This document shows, piece by piece, positions 1 to 13,700 of a stretch of 64,000 nt of DNA. The stretch covers positions 16,722,216-16,786,215 of the forward strand of contig NC_079220.1 in NCBI RefSeq assembly GCF_029633865.1. The letters are read 5' to 3'. Origin of the DNA: Lampris incognitus. Its lineage: Eukaryota. Every line of letters begins with the position of its first letter. Positions within the stretch are counted from its first letter, which is position 1. The notes under the pieces were generated by a model that was not told the DNA's origin, ran no database searches, and saw nothing but the letters and a program-made list of their open reading frames with translations. Made by a program: the position numbers and the translations under genes.

Positions 1-1558
1 TGTGCATGGGGAATGAGCTGTTCTTCTGCCTCCTCTACATTCTCTATTACATTGAGGAACCTGCTGGTAAGTCTGTGTACAATGGTTTCTTCATAGACCT
101 TCCCTCCCTTTGCCTTTGTCTTTTGTTTTTAAATCTTGGACGTCAGCTGGTACACATAGACTGCAAAATACAAAAATTTGCTTTGCTCACGAAGAGCCAT
201 TTGAAATCCAGATTTAAGTAACAGTGTAAAAAGGAAAAAAAATCACCATCTTTGGACTCACAAGGTCCTCTTGAACATGAGAGATATGCTAATGGTAGAC
301 ACAAGTTGAGCCACAGACTAAATCTTAGTCATTGGGAGTCTTTGATTACTGAAAGCATTGCATGTGATGAGATACCACAAGACCTCCATCACTGAGCCTG
401 TCTCTCCACCCCCCACTTCCCCCACCACCCCTAGCATGGCTGTACTGGCTACAGGGAGTATGTGCTGTGATTTGCCTGCTCAAGGCTGGGATAAGCCTCC
501 TTCACCTCATCACCGCCTCCCAGAATATGGTGGCTTGCGATGCAGCTGATCGGGAAATTGAGAGGACCAAGGCCCAGTGAGAGCCACAACTGTCAGCCCT
601 CATCTTCTTGTGATTCCTTTTTGTTTGCTTGATTTATTGATAAAAGGTAGACTTATTTGGACTCGATTGACACACATTTATGTAACTCAAATAGGCATGA
701 AACGCAGGGCAACCACATCAGCTTGTCATGCTGACATTGCAGACTTCAGTCTTGCTGGAACTGGAGCATATTACGCTGGTGAGCTTTTAAGGTCAGATAT
801 CATTCCAAGCGATCAACAAGACAGTGTTGTTGCACATCGTCTTCTCTTTACCACGGACTGTGTATGTGGATTGTGTTAGTAAATGAGCATAGAAGTAACT
901 GTTAAATGGAACATGAAACTTCCCTGGACTTCTTTAGATGATTTTGAATCAAAGGAGGCAGGGACGGGTCTGCCGGAATAAACCACTTTCAGTAGTAAAG
1001 CGCAGTGATCATGTCATACTCATGAATACCATTCCTACCAAGTCAGCCCATCAGATGCAATTGGCCGGTGGCTGCCGGTAATGGCACCAGAGGCATTTCT
1101 ATTTTGAAAAGGATCAGAAGGGAGAGAGCGGCATGTGTACATTCCTCTTGAGACACCGCATATGTTTGCCGATGCCTGTCTGAACCTTTTTTAGGTCTTT
1201 GTTGTGATGTTACGTTCAAGTAGCAGGAGCTGGGGGTAACTTCCTGGATGCTGGGTAAGAAAGGATGGAGGATACCTGTTGGTAGTAGCAGCAGAAGAGT
1301 CGAGTGGATATCATGGGCAAAACTCATCTGGTTCTTTGTTAGAAAGCAAAAATTTTTAAATGGGACACAAGCTGATTTTAATTTGTGCTACAGCTTATAA
1401 CTTCTTCACATGTGGCTCACTTAGCCGAGGCAGAAATATTGCCTAAGCCTGCTATCAAGTTCAACTTTATTCTTATGTGTAGAATACAATGAAATTGTGC
1501 TCTGGCTCTCTCTGCCTTCACACAAAGGACAAAAGGACAAAGGACACACCCATAGAAA

Positions 1559-1562
<4 letters not shown>

Positions 1563-1630
<68 letters not shown>
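1563..1630. repeat. compound microsatellite (TA)n(CA)n
   Basis: Direct reading: about 20 TA units followed by about 14 CA units. Confidence 0.95.
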
Positions 1631-1633
<3 letters not shown>

Positions 1634-4379
1634 CATGATAACACACTAATGTAAGATGCATATGGGTGCGTCAGCTGTTCAGCAACCTGACTGCTTGTGG
1701 AAAGAAACTTACTGAGATTGGTGATGTGTGATTTGATGCTCTGGTAACGTTTTTTAGATGGAAAGAGCGAGAGCAGAACATGAGTGGGGTGGCTGGTGTC
1801 CTTCATAATGTTTTGGGCTTTCCTTTTGCAGCAGGTGGTGTAAATATGAAGTGTTAGTTCAGTACCAATGATTTTTGCTGCTGTCTTTACAGTCCTTTGA
1901 AGCAGTCTGCAGTCCTAAGCAGTCAGGTTGCCAAGCCACAGCTGTCGATGGTACTGTCCTGCTTCACACAGGAAGTCTGTGGTGTTGTCTTTTGAAGGAG
2001 GGAAGTAATCGTAAGCTTTATTGAAATCAACTTTATTTGATCTGAGTTTCACATTTCAGCCAGAGCTACATTTTAACTTAATCCAAGGCCAATGTGTATG
2101 TCACTGCTAGTTAACCACTGATTCATTGATATCACTTCAAGTTACAATCTTGAAGATTTACGTGCAACTAAATGTAAAAAAATTTTTATTTGTTCCATTA
2201 CTAGCACATCACTAATTACAGCAGACAATCAAAAACAAAATCCAAATTATGAAAGTTTTTTTTCAGTTGCTCATTCTTCTATTGGGTGGGACTTTTCCAT
2301 GAAAATTTAAAAGGCACATTGTTTTCAGTTTTCAGTCTTGAGCGTGGAAGCCAAATGTAGAAGTAGAAGGCCGGTAGAAGGGTGTTTGAAGGGGTAGTGA
2401 ATTTAGAAGGCAGCTTGGAGAAGATCTTTATCTTCAGATACTACTAGATTGATAGCTAAAATCCTTGTTCAACCATGTTTGGTTTGTTTGGCGGTGCTGA
2501 CGTAGCAGCGCTGGCAACTCTTGTTTCATTTCGAATGGATCTCCAGGACTTTGGTGGCTTGAACACCATTGCAATTATCACATGTCACTGTAGATGTCTG
2601 TAAATGAAACAAAACCTATAGTTTTAAGGATTCTAACTTTAACGTTGTTTTTATGTTGGCTTGGCTGTGTTATATCGAACAAACCATCTCACCCATTGTC
2701 ATAATCTTTGGGATGAGATGAGCTAACACCATTTTGTTGTTGCATACAGCAGGAAATTAGATTTCCAACATGGATTAGCCGATTCCAGCCATATGGCACT
2801 CGTTGGCCACATGAATCAGAATACCTAAATTTCATTAAATGCTCATGAATATAATCATTCATTTAAAAATGCCTTAAGTCCAACACAATGAATACCACTT
2901 GATGGATGACAAAAATTTTGTAATTGTGTGGATTAGTAGAGGTAGGAGACGGGACTCTACCAGACACCAGGAACTGCATTTGTAACTTTTCTAAGCAGCA
3001 CAGTGCTGACCTACTAGTATCCCTGGTAAAGCACATTACCACTGACTGAAATGTTAAATCCATCCTGAAAAAGATGAGTGCACATAAACAGCATGTGGCA
3101 AACATTCCCATCTTCCTAATAAACCTTTTGGCAGTAAATGTGTCCCTCTGATGTTCAATCCTCAGTTTCCATCTTTCAACAAAAAGGCACATTATTTTGC
3201 TTGTTGGTGAACAGTTTTCTGGTTGCTTCCTTTCCCTCCTTTTTAAATGGTTAATAAACACTGAATACATTGGGTTTTAACATTTTATGCTCACCTGATG
3301 TCTGTTACAGTAGATTTAAGTGTGTCCTATTAAAATGCCTCTAGCTGCAACATCCGAGCCGCCATCTTCTGCTGTACCATTCTTACTTTTCAAAGTATAT
3401 ATATATGAAGAATTAAGAGTATATTTGTATTGAAATAGGGGATCATGTCAAATAGTTGCGCTTAAGTGGTGTTGACTATGAGCACTTGCATTGGATTTTT
3501 TTTTTGTACTGGTGAGAGTGGTAGAATCTTGTTTTTGTATTTATATTCCACCCTACTTTTGAATTTATTTAAAGTTATATTGGGCACAATTCATACCGCG
3601 TGTGAAAGGTCACCAAATTATTATTGTTTATAGTGTTGTGTTATAAATTTAAGGATTTTCTGTCTAACCATGAATATGTACTGTGTGCATCATGCTGCTG
3701 AGTGACTCATAAAGCCATAGTTCATTGCAGAATGTGTGTTTAAATGTGTAATTGTCATCCCATGATAGTCACTTGTTTTGACCAAGTCTGTCCAGAATGT
3801 ACTGTAAAATAAAGAGTTTTAAAACATATTGCAAAGAATGCAATGTCATATTTTTAAGATCACTCATCAAAAGCTGTGGCTGTCGTGCCCATTGCAGTGC
3901 CTCCTGGCTTGCATTTACTGTAAATGGGTGATGATGCCCAATCAAACGCATTGAAATCCAAAGGCTAACTTTGTTTTTTGTTTTTTACCGCACTTCTTCG
4001 AGTTTATTTCCGCCCACCTGTAGGTAGATTCGTCAAAGCCGACTTCGATATGATCGTTTTATTTCCACAAAGAAGACGAAAGGCTCAGAAAACACGCCGC
4101 TGTCGTCACCGTGGCCAGCTGTTGCACTTGCGCGCATCTTTACCTTTAAGATGCATACATGGGATATTGCATTGTTTTAAAACAGCACCACCATCTTAGA
4201 GATGGGTGCGTGGGAACCTCCGCGATCCGGATAGCGGCTAGTTTTTATGTCATCGTCGGAGTTGAGGAACAACGCCGGAGACGATTTTTTTTTTTTGGGG
4301 AAAGGGGGGGCCCGACGGCTCCCTGTGCATGGATCGTGTCGGGGACTGAATTATCTGTCGGCCTACTGTAAGGAGGTGG

Positions 4380-4620
4380 CGGGGGAGTGAGGACGGGACG
4401 CGGCGAGGCGGAGACGGACGGGGTCCGGGAGGAGGGCGCTCACACACCCAATACTTTCCCTTTAAACTAGGGGGACAGCGGCGGGGGAGAATACAGAGGG
4501 GGAGAGGAGAAGAGATAAAAAAAGAAAAGGAAGAAAAGACAGCGAGGGTGGGAGGGAGAGAGAGAGAGAGAGAGAGCGGGCGGGCGGGCGGGCGAGCGAG
4601 AGAGAGAAAAATTGAAAAAA
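4380..4620. repeat. purine-rich GGGAGG/(GA)n/(GCGG)n mirror-repeat tract
   Basis: Runs of ggaggg, (ga)12 at 4553..4577 and (gcgg)4. Homopurine on one strand. Confidence 0.9.
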
Positions 4621-5177
4621 AAAAGATGTCATCCTGTCGATTGAAACGCCGAGGCGGAGCCATGGATTGCAGCCGATGAGGAAGTCTATAGTTAGGCGAC
4701 GAGGCTTACGCAACACCGAGGCTTTGGGATTCACCGTTTGGGCCTTTCGGAGCTATCGAAATAAATGAAACCTTCCCCCACGCATTTTACGAACAGCTGC
4801 TGGCTATGACTTATTATGTTTCGACTACATTACTATTTAACGACTTATTTATAATCTTATTTTGCATGCATTTCACCGATTTTCATTACAATAGACTTAA
4901 TTGCAAAAAATAAGCCAATCTATAGTCAAACGCACCATTAAAGCATGATAATCAACCATTTTGTCGCATTTACAAAGAATCTTGTCAGTGCCTGTGCATT
5001 GACAGCAGATGACCATATTGAACCATAACTCATGTGGAGGACTGATCATAATTCAGCGTTTTAACACGGCTAGATGATCCGAGCTGTAAATGATCCGGTA
5101 TCATAACAAAGCTTAATTTAGGCTGAATACAGATGAACTGAGATATTCAACCGAGTGTGAGAAAGGCCTCAGATTTT

Positions 5178-5227
5178 GTTTTCATAGCGGCAGCAGCACC
5201 ACCAGCAGCAGCAGCAGCAGCAGCGGT
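5178..5227. repeat. (GCA)n trinucleotide repeat in MAZ 5' leader
   Basis: gcagcagcaccaccagcagcagcagcagcagcg, about 95 bp upstream of the ATG and out of frame with it. Confidence 0.9.
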
Positions 5228-5320
5228 TACAATTCGGCTTGACTGCCTTCCCCTCCTCCCTCTCCTGTTTGCTCTTAATGTTTGTTTTTTAGTCCGGCAC
5301 CAGCATCCAACCTGTCCAAA

Positions 5321-5353
5321 ATGGATACCTCTTGGAGTAATTTTCTCTTTCAG
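5321..5353 (+). CDS. maz: MAZ coding exon 1 (MDTSWSNFLFQ), start codon
   Basis: Kozak caaaATGg. The exon ends at a cag|gtgagt donor. SNFLFQ resembles human MAZ NSFPPPQ, and the frame continues into exon 2. Confidence 0.55.
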
Positions 5354-6276
5354 GTGAGTGTTCATTGATCATGTCAAACTGATTACTGCTTGTGCTGTCT
5401 CTGGCTTCCCTACATGGGATGTCCAGGGGGGCATGGGAGGTGTGGGCGGTACAGAGGGCAAAATGTGTCCCCTTGTTATGTGAGCTGGTACCAGGAGCAC
5501 CTGATCCTTATTCACAGTCTCCTGCTGACAAGCACGATGTAGGCTTTGTTGACTTGTGAGGTCAATACAATGGTAATGCATTTTGTTTAATCTGGAAAAA
5601 TCTGGGGGAAAAAAGTGTTTGAGTGACAGATACAACTAGAAAGACAAATAAAGACAGACAGAGAGGAAGGAGAGGTGTGAGGAGACATCAGCTGATCATA
5701 TAAACATGAAACTGACAGTGAAAACCCACCCTCTAATATGTAAACTCTCTGTCAAAGAAAACCTTCATCCAAGCAGCATCCTGCTTTGCTTTTGAATGAC
5801 ACTACAGATTCAGAGTTGTTTTCTGATTTAGGAGAGTGCTTTGTGCTCAAACAACTTTGGTTGAACTTTCTGGGAAATTGGGCATAAAGAAATTGGAACT
5901 TGTATTTCAATATTACCCTGCAGATTGCGTTACAGTGGTTGAACTTGAGACTTTTTCTCCATTGTTCAGATACAAAGCCCTTCAATTTATTGTTGGATCC
6001 AACATAAGTTAAATGAAAGCTTTATATTCACTCAAAATATTGATAGAAAAATCATATTTATAAAAGTTATATTTATAGGAAAGACTCCATCATAACTTTC
6101 ATAACTCAATCAGTTAGGAAGTTGGGTGGTAAAGAGAGTCGTGCATTGCACATTATATTAATCATACCGACATTTTTTCACAAGTCAGTATGTAAGCAAA
6201 GCCAGCATATAGATACGGGGGTAAACTCTGGGAGCATAGCGTAAACACATTTTGTCTCACCCTCTCGCCTTCTCAG

Positions 6277-6439
6277 ACACAGCCAACACAGAGCCAGCCC
6301 GAGACGCCTCTTCAGCCAGAGTTGCTGCCGGACTTGACGGGCTCTGCTCAGAGTCCTCCGTCAGAACACATCGCACCGCCTCCTTCCACTGTGGACACCG
6401 CTGCCTTGAACGAGGAGCCCTTACCTGGTGAGACAGCTG
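6277..6439 (+). CDS. maz: MAZ coding exon 2
   Basis: Acceptor tctcag|. Translation ...PLQPELLPDL...STVDTAALNEEP matches human MAZ LQVDLLPVL...STVDTAALKQPP. Donor is g|gtatgt (an alternative donor lies at 6427/6428); phase 1. Confidence 0.7.
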
Positions 6440-8214
6440 GTATGTGGGCTTCACTGCAAAACCTTTGAGTAGTTACCAATTCGAGGGACACAATTTTTAG
6501 TATTTGCTTGCGTCAAGAGCTTATCCCATAAAATATTTTTCTTCCTCTCTCTCTAAGTACCCAGTCAAGGTGTTTTCACGCATACACTCCTATTAAGGCC
6601 CATAAGCCTACAGGTTTTCATTCTAGTCTTGACTTGGTAGACCTCTGTTTGAAACAGTATTCCTGACACATCATGTGATGCCTAACGGGGCCCAGATTTT
6701 ATCAAGTCAGGCTGTGTTATACTGAGTTTCACTGATAATTCAGTTTTGCTCACCTATTTGTTAAAGAGGAACAAGAAGCGGAGAGATGTTTAGGGGAGGG
6801 TTGGGGTGAGTTTGTTGGTTTGCCAAAGTCACAGCTGGTGAAAAGGCAAAAAAACATAATATGATTGTAGATTTGTTCTTATTTTAAGTATCGAGAGAAA
6901 GGCGAGGGGTTCAGTTCTCTGCCTCAGGGAACACAGGAACCCCCAGTGTCCTAAGATCAGGTCCTACAACAACTCTCTCCATTTTGTCTCTGTCCCTGCC
7001 TTCTAAGTTCTAACACTCAAAAAAAAAAATTGAAATACTAAAGTTGGCATGACTTCCCACCATCCCTTAAAAAAAAGAAGAAAAAAGAATGCTGCTGTGA
7101 TGTCTAATAATTTGAAAATTTACAGAATTCTACCACATGTCGACATGCATGTCCTGGACACCCACAAGGCTCCTAATGGGCCAAGAATTACAAGATTGAG
7201 TATTAAGGCATCCATGTTAGGAGGAGGAGATGCCTCATTCCTCACTGTACTGCTCTTCTTCACCAAGACACATGTGTCCCTGTCATTATCGCTGCCCCTT
7301 CAAACCCCATGACTTCTAATGATAAAAAAAAGAAAAGTCGATGGTAGTTTTTGGCTAATTCCTCCAAAACTTAAATCATAAAAAGTCAGAATGGGAAAAC
7401 GTTTGGTTTGCTGTGGGAATTATTGGTAAGAATTTCCTACCTGGAAACAGAAAACGCAATTTAATTTTAGCACAAAATACAGTCAAGGTTATAGATGACA
7501 TTATGAATTAATCGTAAATACTTTCTTGTGACTTTGGAGAGTATTTAGGGACACAAATAGATTTCTCCCAAAAATAGAAACCAGAGAAGCAAGAATCCCT
7601 GATGTAATATTGATGCACCGCCTCCTTCCTTCCTCCCTTTTTAAGACTCAGAAATCAGACAATATCAAAATATAAAACTCAACCTTTGATGAGTAACCGT
7701 CTGTTGCTTTCGCCATAGTCTTGCACACTTTACTCATTTACTTCTTCATTCATTGTTGCCATTTAAAACCGGAACCTTCTCCCATCTCATATATAACCAT
7801 CGGATCGAGACATTCAAGACTCAGAGGTTTATTTGTCACATACTTCATGTACAAGTACAATAAGCAGTGAAATGATTTTTCGGCACCTCCAAAACCATAT
7901 AAGAGAAATGAACAACAATGTGCAGTTGCTATATACAAGTACAAGTGTGCAAATAGACTGAATAAAGTGTCTGTGGAAAGTGACTGAGGCAGAGTGGCAA
8001 AAAAGGTAAAAGTGGCAGTAGTATTGCAAATGTAATTGTCATTGATAAGTTGAGTTTAGTGTCCTTCTGGCTGGGGGAAGAAACTTAAGTCTCTTAGCAT
8101 TGGCCTTGTGGCTGCGGAGGCGTCTGCCTGAGTAGTGGCTGAAACAGTCCCATTACTGGGGTGATGGAGATCTAAAATGATCCTTTTAGCTCTGGTCCTG
8201 TACCACCTGGTGTA

Positions 8215-9125
8215 TAACAGGGCAACATGGCTCTGTAGGTAGCGCGAGTTGTCAAGTAATCGGAAGGTCACTGGTTAAATCTCCGGCTCCTCCAGGGAAC
8301 CTGTCAAAGTGCCCTTGAGCAAGACACTGAACCCCCTAACTGCTCCTGATGAGCAGGTCAGCGCCTTGCATGGCATCCTCCACCATTAGTGTATGTTATT
8401 TCGTTGTTATTCGTCCGTCGCAGCGACGAGGACCATCTAGTCATCCTATGATGGATGACTGATGACTTGCACAATGATTAAAGTGAGGAAGAGTTGCGCA
8501 TCATCAACCCCACTCTCTCGTCCGAGACCACCTACTACCAGTGGCAAGACTAGCAAGACGACTGGCAAAGGAGACAGATGCAGATTTTTCCTCAAGGTTT
8601 CTTCCCGAAGTCTTTCCCGTAGACGAGTATACCCGCAAGGCACCGGAGGTTTTAAATCAGAGTTTGCCTTCTCCTGGGAGAACTGCCCGACAGTCTAATG
8701 AGCTTCATCTACCCGGGTTTGAAATCCGAGTTGTCCTTCTCCTAGATTGGCTGCCAACCAAGGCTAACGAGTCCACTCAACCCACTCGGTTATACCGCCG
8801 GGAACCCGGTCGCCCCCGTAGCAGACTTTGTGAAAACAGGAAGTACCACGAGAAGGTGCTGCTGCAGACACATTTGCGTAGGAGCGGCCATATGCTAAGG
8901 TCCTGATGGACCCGCAGCGATCACTACACCAGGAAGTGAGAGGCCACCGCACCGCTTCGCATTCCTTTTGGCAAATAGGACATCTGGCCCAATACTTGCC
9001 ACCTCCAACCATCACACATTCATACACCATCAGTGTATGAATGTGTGTGTGAATGGGTGAATGTGAGGCATACACTGTAAAGCACTTTGAGTGGTCAGTA
9101 GACTAAAAAAGTACTATATAAATGC
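8215..9125 (+). mobile_element. tRNA-derived SINE (teleost type with tgtgaatgggtgaatg...gtaaagcactttgag...tatataaatgcagtccattcacc tail), split by a nested insertion
   Basis: tRNA-like head (gtagcgcgagttgtcaagtaatcggaaggtcactggtt). The body ...cccttgagcaagacactgaacccc... ends at 8395 and resumes at 9025. Confidence 0.6.
8396..9024. mobile_element. unclassified ~630-bp retroposon-like insertion inside the SINE, with a 15-bp TSD
   Basis: Flanked by caccattagtgtatg (8381..8395) and caccatcagtgtatg (9025..9039). No TIRs were seen and the family was not recognised. Confidence 0.45.
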
Positions 9126-9195
9126 AGTCCATTCACCATATAAGTCCTGTAGGGGGATGAGTGTGGACCCAGACCCAAATCACCAGCAATACTTC

Positions 9196-9230
<35 letters not shown>
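9196..9230. repeat. (CA)n microsatellite
   Basis: Direct reading. Confidence 0.95.
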
Positions 9231-9233
<3 letters not shown>

Positions 9234-9539
9234 ACTTGTTGCCCATCCCTAAAGGATATTCAGATATCACGACAAAATTGTTGACAAAAATTGAGTTCAT
9301 ACCTACATTCCCAGAGTCAGAACCTTCCCATAGGTTCATGGGCATCATCAACTTTTTACTGAACAAAGCTGATAACTGGAAATATGTCTTGATTGTACTC
9401 TGATTTGATTTCTTATGATACAGACATCTTTCCCCTCCCTATCCATCCCATCCCTTTCTCTTGTTTGTTCTTCTTTTGAAGCAAATACCCAAATAAAGAT
9501 TTAGATTTTTATCATTTTACCATCACTTGCGTTACCACA

Positions 9540-10691
9540 CTGCAAGCCTCGCGGCACCTATCTCTGCCACTCCAGATTCGGGGATCTGAACCCAACTTCC
9601 TTTTGATCGACCGGGGGGATGGAGACCATCGCTCCTCCCTTTCGAACGGCATTCGCCCATCCCTTAAGACCAACTGACCCATGATCAACTGCTGTTCACA
9701 TGGAACCCTTCTCAACTTCGGTCTTCAAAGTTCTTGTTTGAATATTTGCTACGACCACCAAGATCTGCACCCGTGGTGGCTCCACCCAGGCTTGCACCCT
9801 AGTCTTCCATGTGCACCATGGCGGCCCTTCTACTCATCGCGACCTAGCCCTCAAGGCTCCTGCTGCCGGCGACGGCCGGGTATGGGCCCAATGCTCCAGC
9901 CCCATCCATTTTCAGGGCTAGTGCATTTGGGAGACGAAAGTTTCAGCCTGCCTAAGCAATGCGAAGGTGCCACCATCCAACATCAGCAACATCAGCAACA
10001 ATGAGAGGAAAGCTCTCACGAATCTCAGTAAGGACAATATCATCATCGTCTGATGTGGTCTCCAGGCGTGGATGAAGACTCTCTCCTGCTCTCAAACTTC
10101 TTTGCTCCAGTTGATCAGCTAACAGAGCTAATGGCTACTCATACACAGTCTGCTCCGGAGCTGCCTGCCCCAGTCCACTCCAACAAGAGGAGGAAGTGTC
10201 GAAAATTCCCAATGACCCTGGCTTCTTGTGGGAAACACCACAGATGTCTCTCTCCTCCTGCTGTCTACAATCTCGGGTGCCCTCTCAACGGAGTACTGGA
10301 CACAGCTGTGGCCAGTATTGACGTCATCTGCAGCAGCGTCTTGCCAGGTGAAAATGTTTCGATTAGCTCTGCTGCTCCTGATGCTGCCCCAACTAATATG
10401 GCTGACAACATTCAACTGTCTCTTTCTCCCTAGCTTTCTGTCTACAATGGGGGTTGTAAGGACAGATTACCTTGTCTCTCCGATATTAAGTACTGGATGT
10501 CACAAAACTTCCTCTGGTTCAATGAGTCCAAATCTGAGGTCCTTTTATTTGGCCCCCCTAACCTAACTGGCGAGCTGGAAAAGAGTCTAGGGAACCTGTC
10601 CTCCCAATGTTATGCACCACAGATACTTCCAGGTCTCCGTGGTGACGGTGGTCGCCACCTGGATGCTGCTTGACATTTCCCTCATCACATT
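9540..10691 (+). mobile_element. L2-clade-like LINE ORF2 fragment (degenerate RT C-terminal region)
   Basis: Frame-shifted translation shows ...MADNIQLSLSP (a degenerate YADD motif) ...LSDIKYWMSQNFLWFNESKSEVLLFG...LGNLSS, typical of fish L2 RT downstream regions. It continues at 14895 after the intervening insertions. Confidence 0.5.
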
Positions 10692-10711
10692 TTCTTTTTA
10701 TATATTTTATA

Positions 10712-13700
10712 CTACTACTTTCGGCTGCTCCCGTTAGGGGTCGCCACAGCGGATCATCCGTTTCCATTTCTTCCTGTCTTCTGCGTCTTCCTCTGTCACA
10801 CCAGCCACCTGCATGTCTTCCCTCACCACATCCATAAACCTCCTCTTTGGCCTTCCTCTTCTCCTCTTCCCTGGCAGCTCCATATTCAGCATCCTTCTCC
10901 CAATATAACCAGGATCTCTCCTCCGCACATGTCCAAGCCATCTCAATCTTGCTTCTCTTGCTTTGTCTCCAAACCGTCCAACCTGAGCGGTCCCTCTAAT
11001 ATAATCGTTACTAATCCTGTCCTTCTTCGTTACTCCCAGTGAAAATCTTAGCATCTTCAACTCTGCCACCTCCAGCTCCACCTCCTGTCTTTTCGTCAGT
11101 GCCACTGTCTCCAAACCATATAACATAGCTGGTCTCACAACCATCTTGTAAACTTTCCCTTTAAATCTTGCTGGTACCCTTCTGTCGCAAATCACTCCTG
11201 ACACACTTCTCCACCCACTCCACCCTGCCTGCACTCTCTTCTTCACCTCTCTACTGCACTCCCCGTTACTTTGGACAGTTGACCCCAAGTATTTAAACTC
11301 AAATGCCTTTGTCACCTCCACTCCTTGCATCCTGACCATGCCACTGTCCTCCCTCTCATTCACGCATAGGTATTCCGTCTTGCTCCTACTGACTTTCATT
11401 CCTCTTCTCTCCAGTGCATACCTCCACCTCTCCAGGCTCTCCTCAACCTGCCCCCTACTCTCGCTACAGATAACAATGTCATCCGCGAACATCATCGTCC
11501 ATGGAGACTCCTGCCTGATCTTGTCCGTCAACCTGTCCATCACCATTGCAAACAAGAAAGGGCTCAGAGCCGATCCTTGATGTAATCCCACCTCCACCTT
11601 GAACCCATCTGTCATTCCAACCGCACACCTCACCATTGTCACACTTCCCTCATACATATCCTGTACCCCTCCTACATACTTCTCTGCAACTCCTGACTTC
11701 CTCATACAATACCACACCTCCTCTCTCGGCACCCTGTCATATGCTTTCTCTAAATCTACAAAGACACAATGCAACTCTTTCTGGCCTTCTCTATACTTCT
11801 CATTCAACATTCTCAAAGCAAACATCGCATCTGTGGTGCTCTTTCGTGGCATGAAACCATACTGCTGCTCGCTGATCATCACCTCTCCTCTTAACCTAGC
11901 TTCTATTACTCTTTCCCAAATCTTCATGCTGTGGCTGATCAACTTTATACCTCTGTAGTTGTTACAGTTCTGCACATCGCCCTTGTTCTTGAAAATCAGT
12001 ACCAGTATGCTTCTTCTCCACTCCTCAGGCATCCTCTCACTTTCCAGGATTGTGTTAAACAATCTAGTTAAAAACTCCACCGCCATCTCTCCTAAACATC
12101 TCCATGCCTCCACAAGTATGTCATCAGGACCAACTGCCTTTCCACTCTTCATCCTCTTCATAGCTGCCCTCACTTCCTCCTTGCTAATCCACTGAACTTC
12201 CTGATTCACTATCCCTACATCATCCAACCTTCTCTCTCTCTCATTTTCTTCATTCATCAGCCCCTCAAAGTATTCCTTCCACCTTCTTAGCACACTCTCC
12301 TCGCTTGTCAGCACATTTCCATCTCTATCCTTGATCGCCCTAACTTGCCGCACATCCTTCCCAGCTCGGTCCCTCTGTCTAGCCAATTGGTACAAGTCCT
12401 TTTCTCCTTCCTTAGTGTCTAACCTGTCATACAACTCACCATACGCCTTTTCCTTTGCCTTTGCCACCTCTCTCTTCGCTTTACGCTGCATCTCCTTGTA
12501 CTCCTGTCTACTTTCTTCATCTCTCTTACTATCCCACTTCTTCTTTGCCAGCCTTTTCCTCTGTATAATTTGCTGTACTTCCTCATTCCACCACCAAGTC
12601 TCCTTGTCTTCCTTCCTCTGTCCTGATGACACACCAAGTGCCTTCCTAGCTGTCACCCTCACTATTTCTGCAGTGGCTGTCCAGCCATCTGGCAACTCTT
12701 CACTACCACCCAGTGCCTGTCTTAACTCCTGCCTGAACTCCACACAACAGTCTTCCTTCTTCAACTTCCACCATTTGATCTTTGGCTGTGTCTTCCCTCG
12801 CTTCCTCTTCTTGGTCTCCAAAGTCATCCTACAGACCACCATCCGATGCTGCCTAGCTACGTTCTCCCCTGTCACCACCTTGCAGTCTCCAATCCCTTTT
12901 AGATCGTGCCTTCTACATAAGATATAGTCCACCTGTGTGCACTTTCCTCCACTCTTGTACGTCACCCTGTGTTCCTCCCTCTTCTTGAAATAAGTATTCA
13001 CCACAGCCATTTCCATTCTTTTCGCAAAATCGACCACCATCTGTCCTTCCACATTTCTCTTCTTGACTCCATACCTTCCCATCACCTCCTCATCACCTCT
13101 GTTCCCTTCACCAACATGTCCATTGAAGTCCGCTCCAATCACCACTCTCTCCTCCTTGGGTACCCTCTCCACCACGTCATCCAACTCACTCCAGAATTCT
13201 TCTTTTTCATCCATCTCACACCCAACTTGCGGGGCATATGCGCTGATAACATTTAGCAATACACCTCTGATTTCCAGCTTCATACTCATCACTCTGTCTG
13301 ACACTCTCTTCACCTCCAGCACGCTCTTGACATACTCTTCCTTCAGAATTACCCCTACCCCATTTCTCCTCCCATTCACACCATGGTAGAAGAGTTTGAA
13401 CCCACTTCCGATACTCCTGGCCTTACTCCCCTTCCACCTGGTCTCTTGCACACACAGTATGCCTACCTTTCTTCTTTCCATCATATCAGCCAGCTCTCTC
13501 CCTTTACCAGTCATAGTGCCAACATTCAAAGTTCCAACTCTCACCTCCACACGCCTACCCTTCCTCCTCTCTAGCTGCCTCTGGACATGCTTTCCCCCTC
13601 TCCCTCTCCTTCGCCCAACAGCAGCATAGTTTCCACCGACACCCTGCTGGTTAACAGTACCGGTGGCGGTCGTTGGTAACCCGGGCCTCGACCGATCCGG

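Larger units (their letters stand above)
3990..5320 (+). promoter_or_regulatory. maz: putative MAZ CpG-island promoter / 5'UTR region
   Basis: CpG-dense, GC- and GGGAGG-rich sequence immediately upstream of the first MAZ coding exon. The TSS was not determined. Confidence 0.4.

Noticed and set aside
4159-4734. Several 70-137-aa ORFs on both strands in the MAZ upstream region
   Set aside because: GC- and purine-rich promoter sequence yields long stop-free frames. The translations are low complexity (SLSLSL, PPPPP).
8541-8906. 121-aa ORF inside the unclassified insertion
   Set aside because: It lies within a repeat insertion, has no recognisable domain, and overlaps antisense ORFs of similar length, which is typical of chance ORFs.
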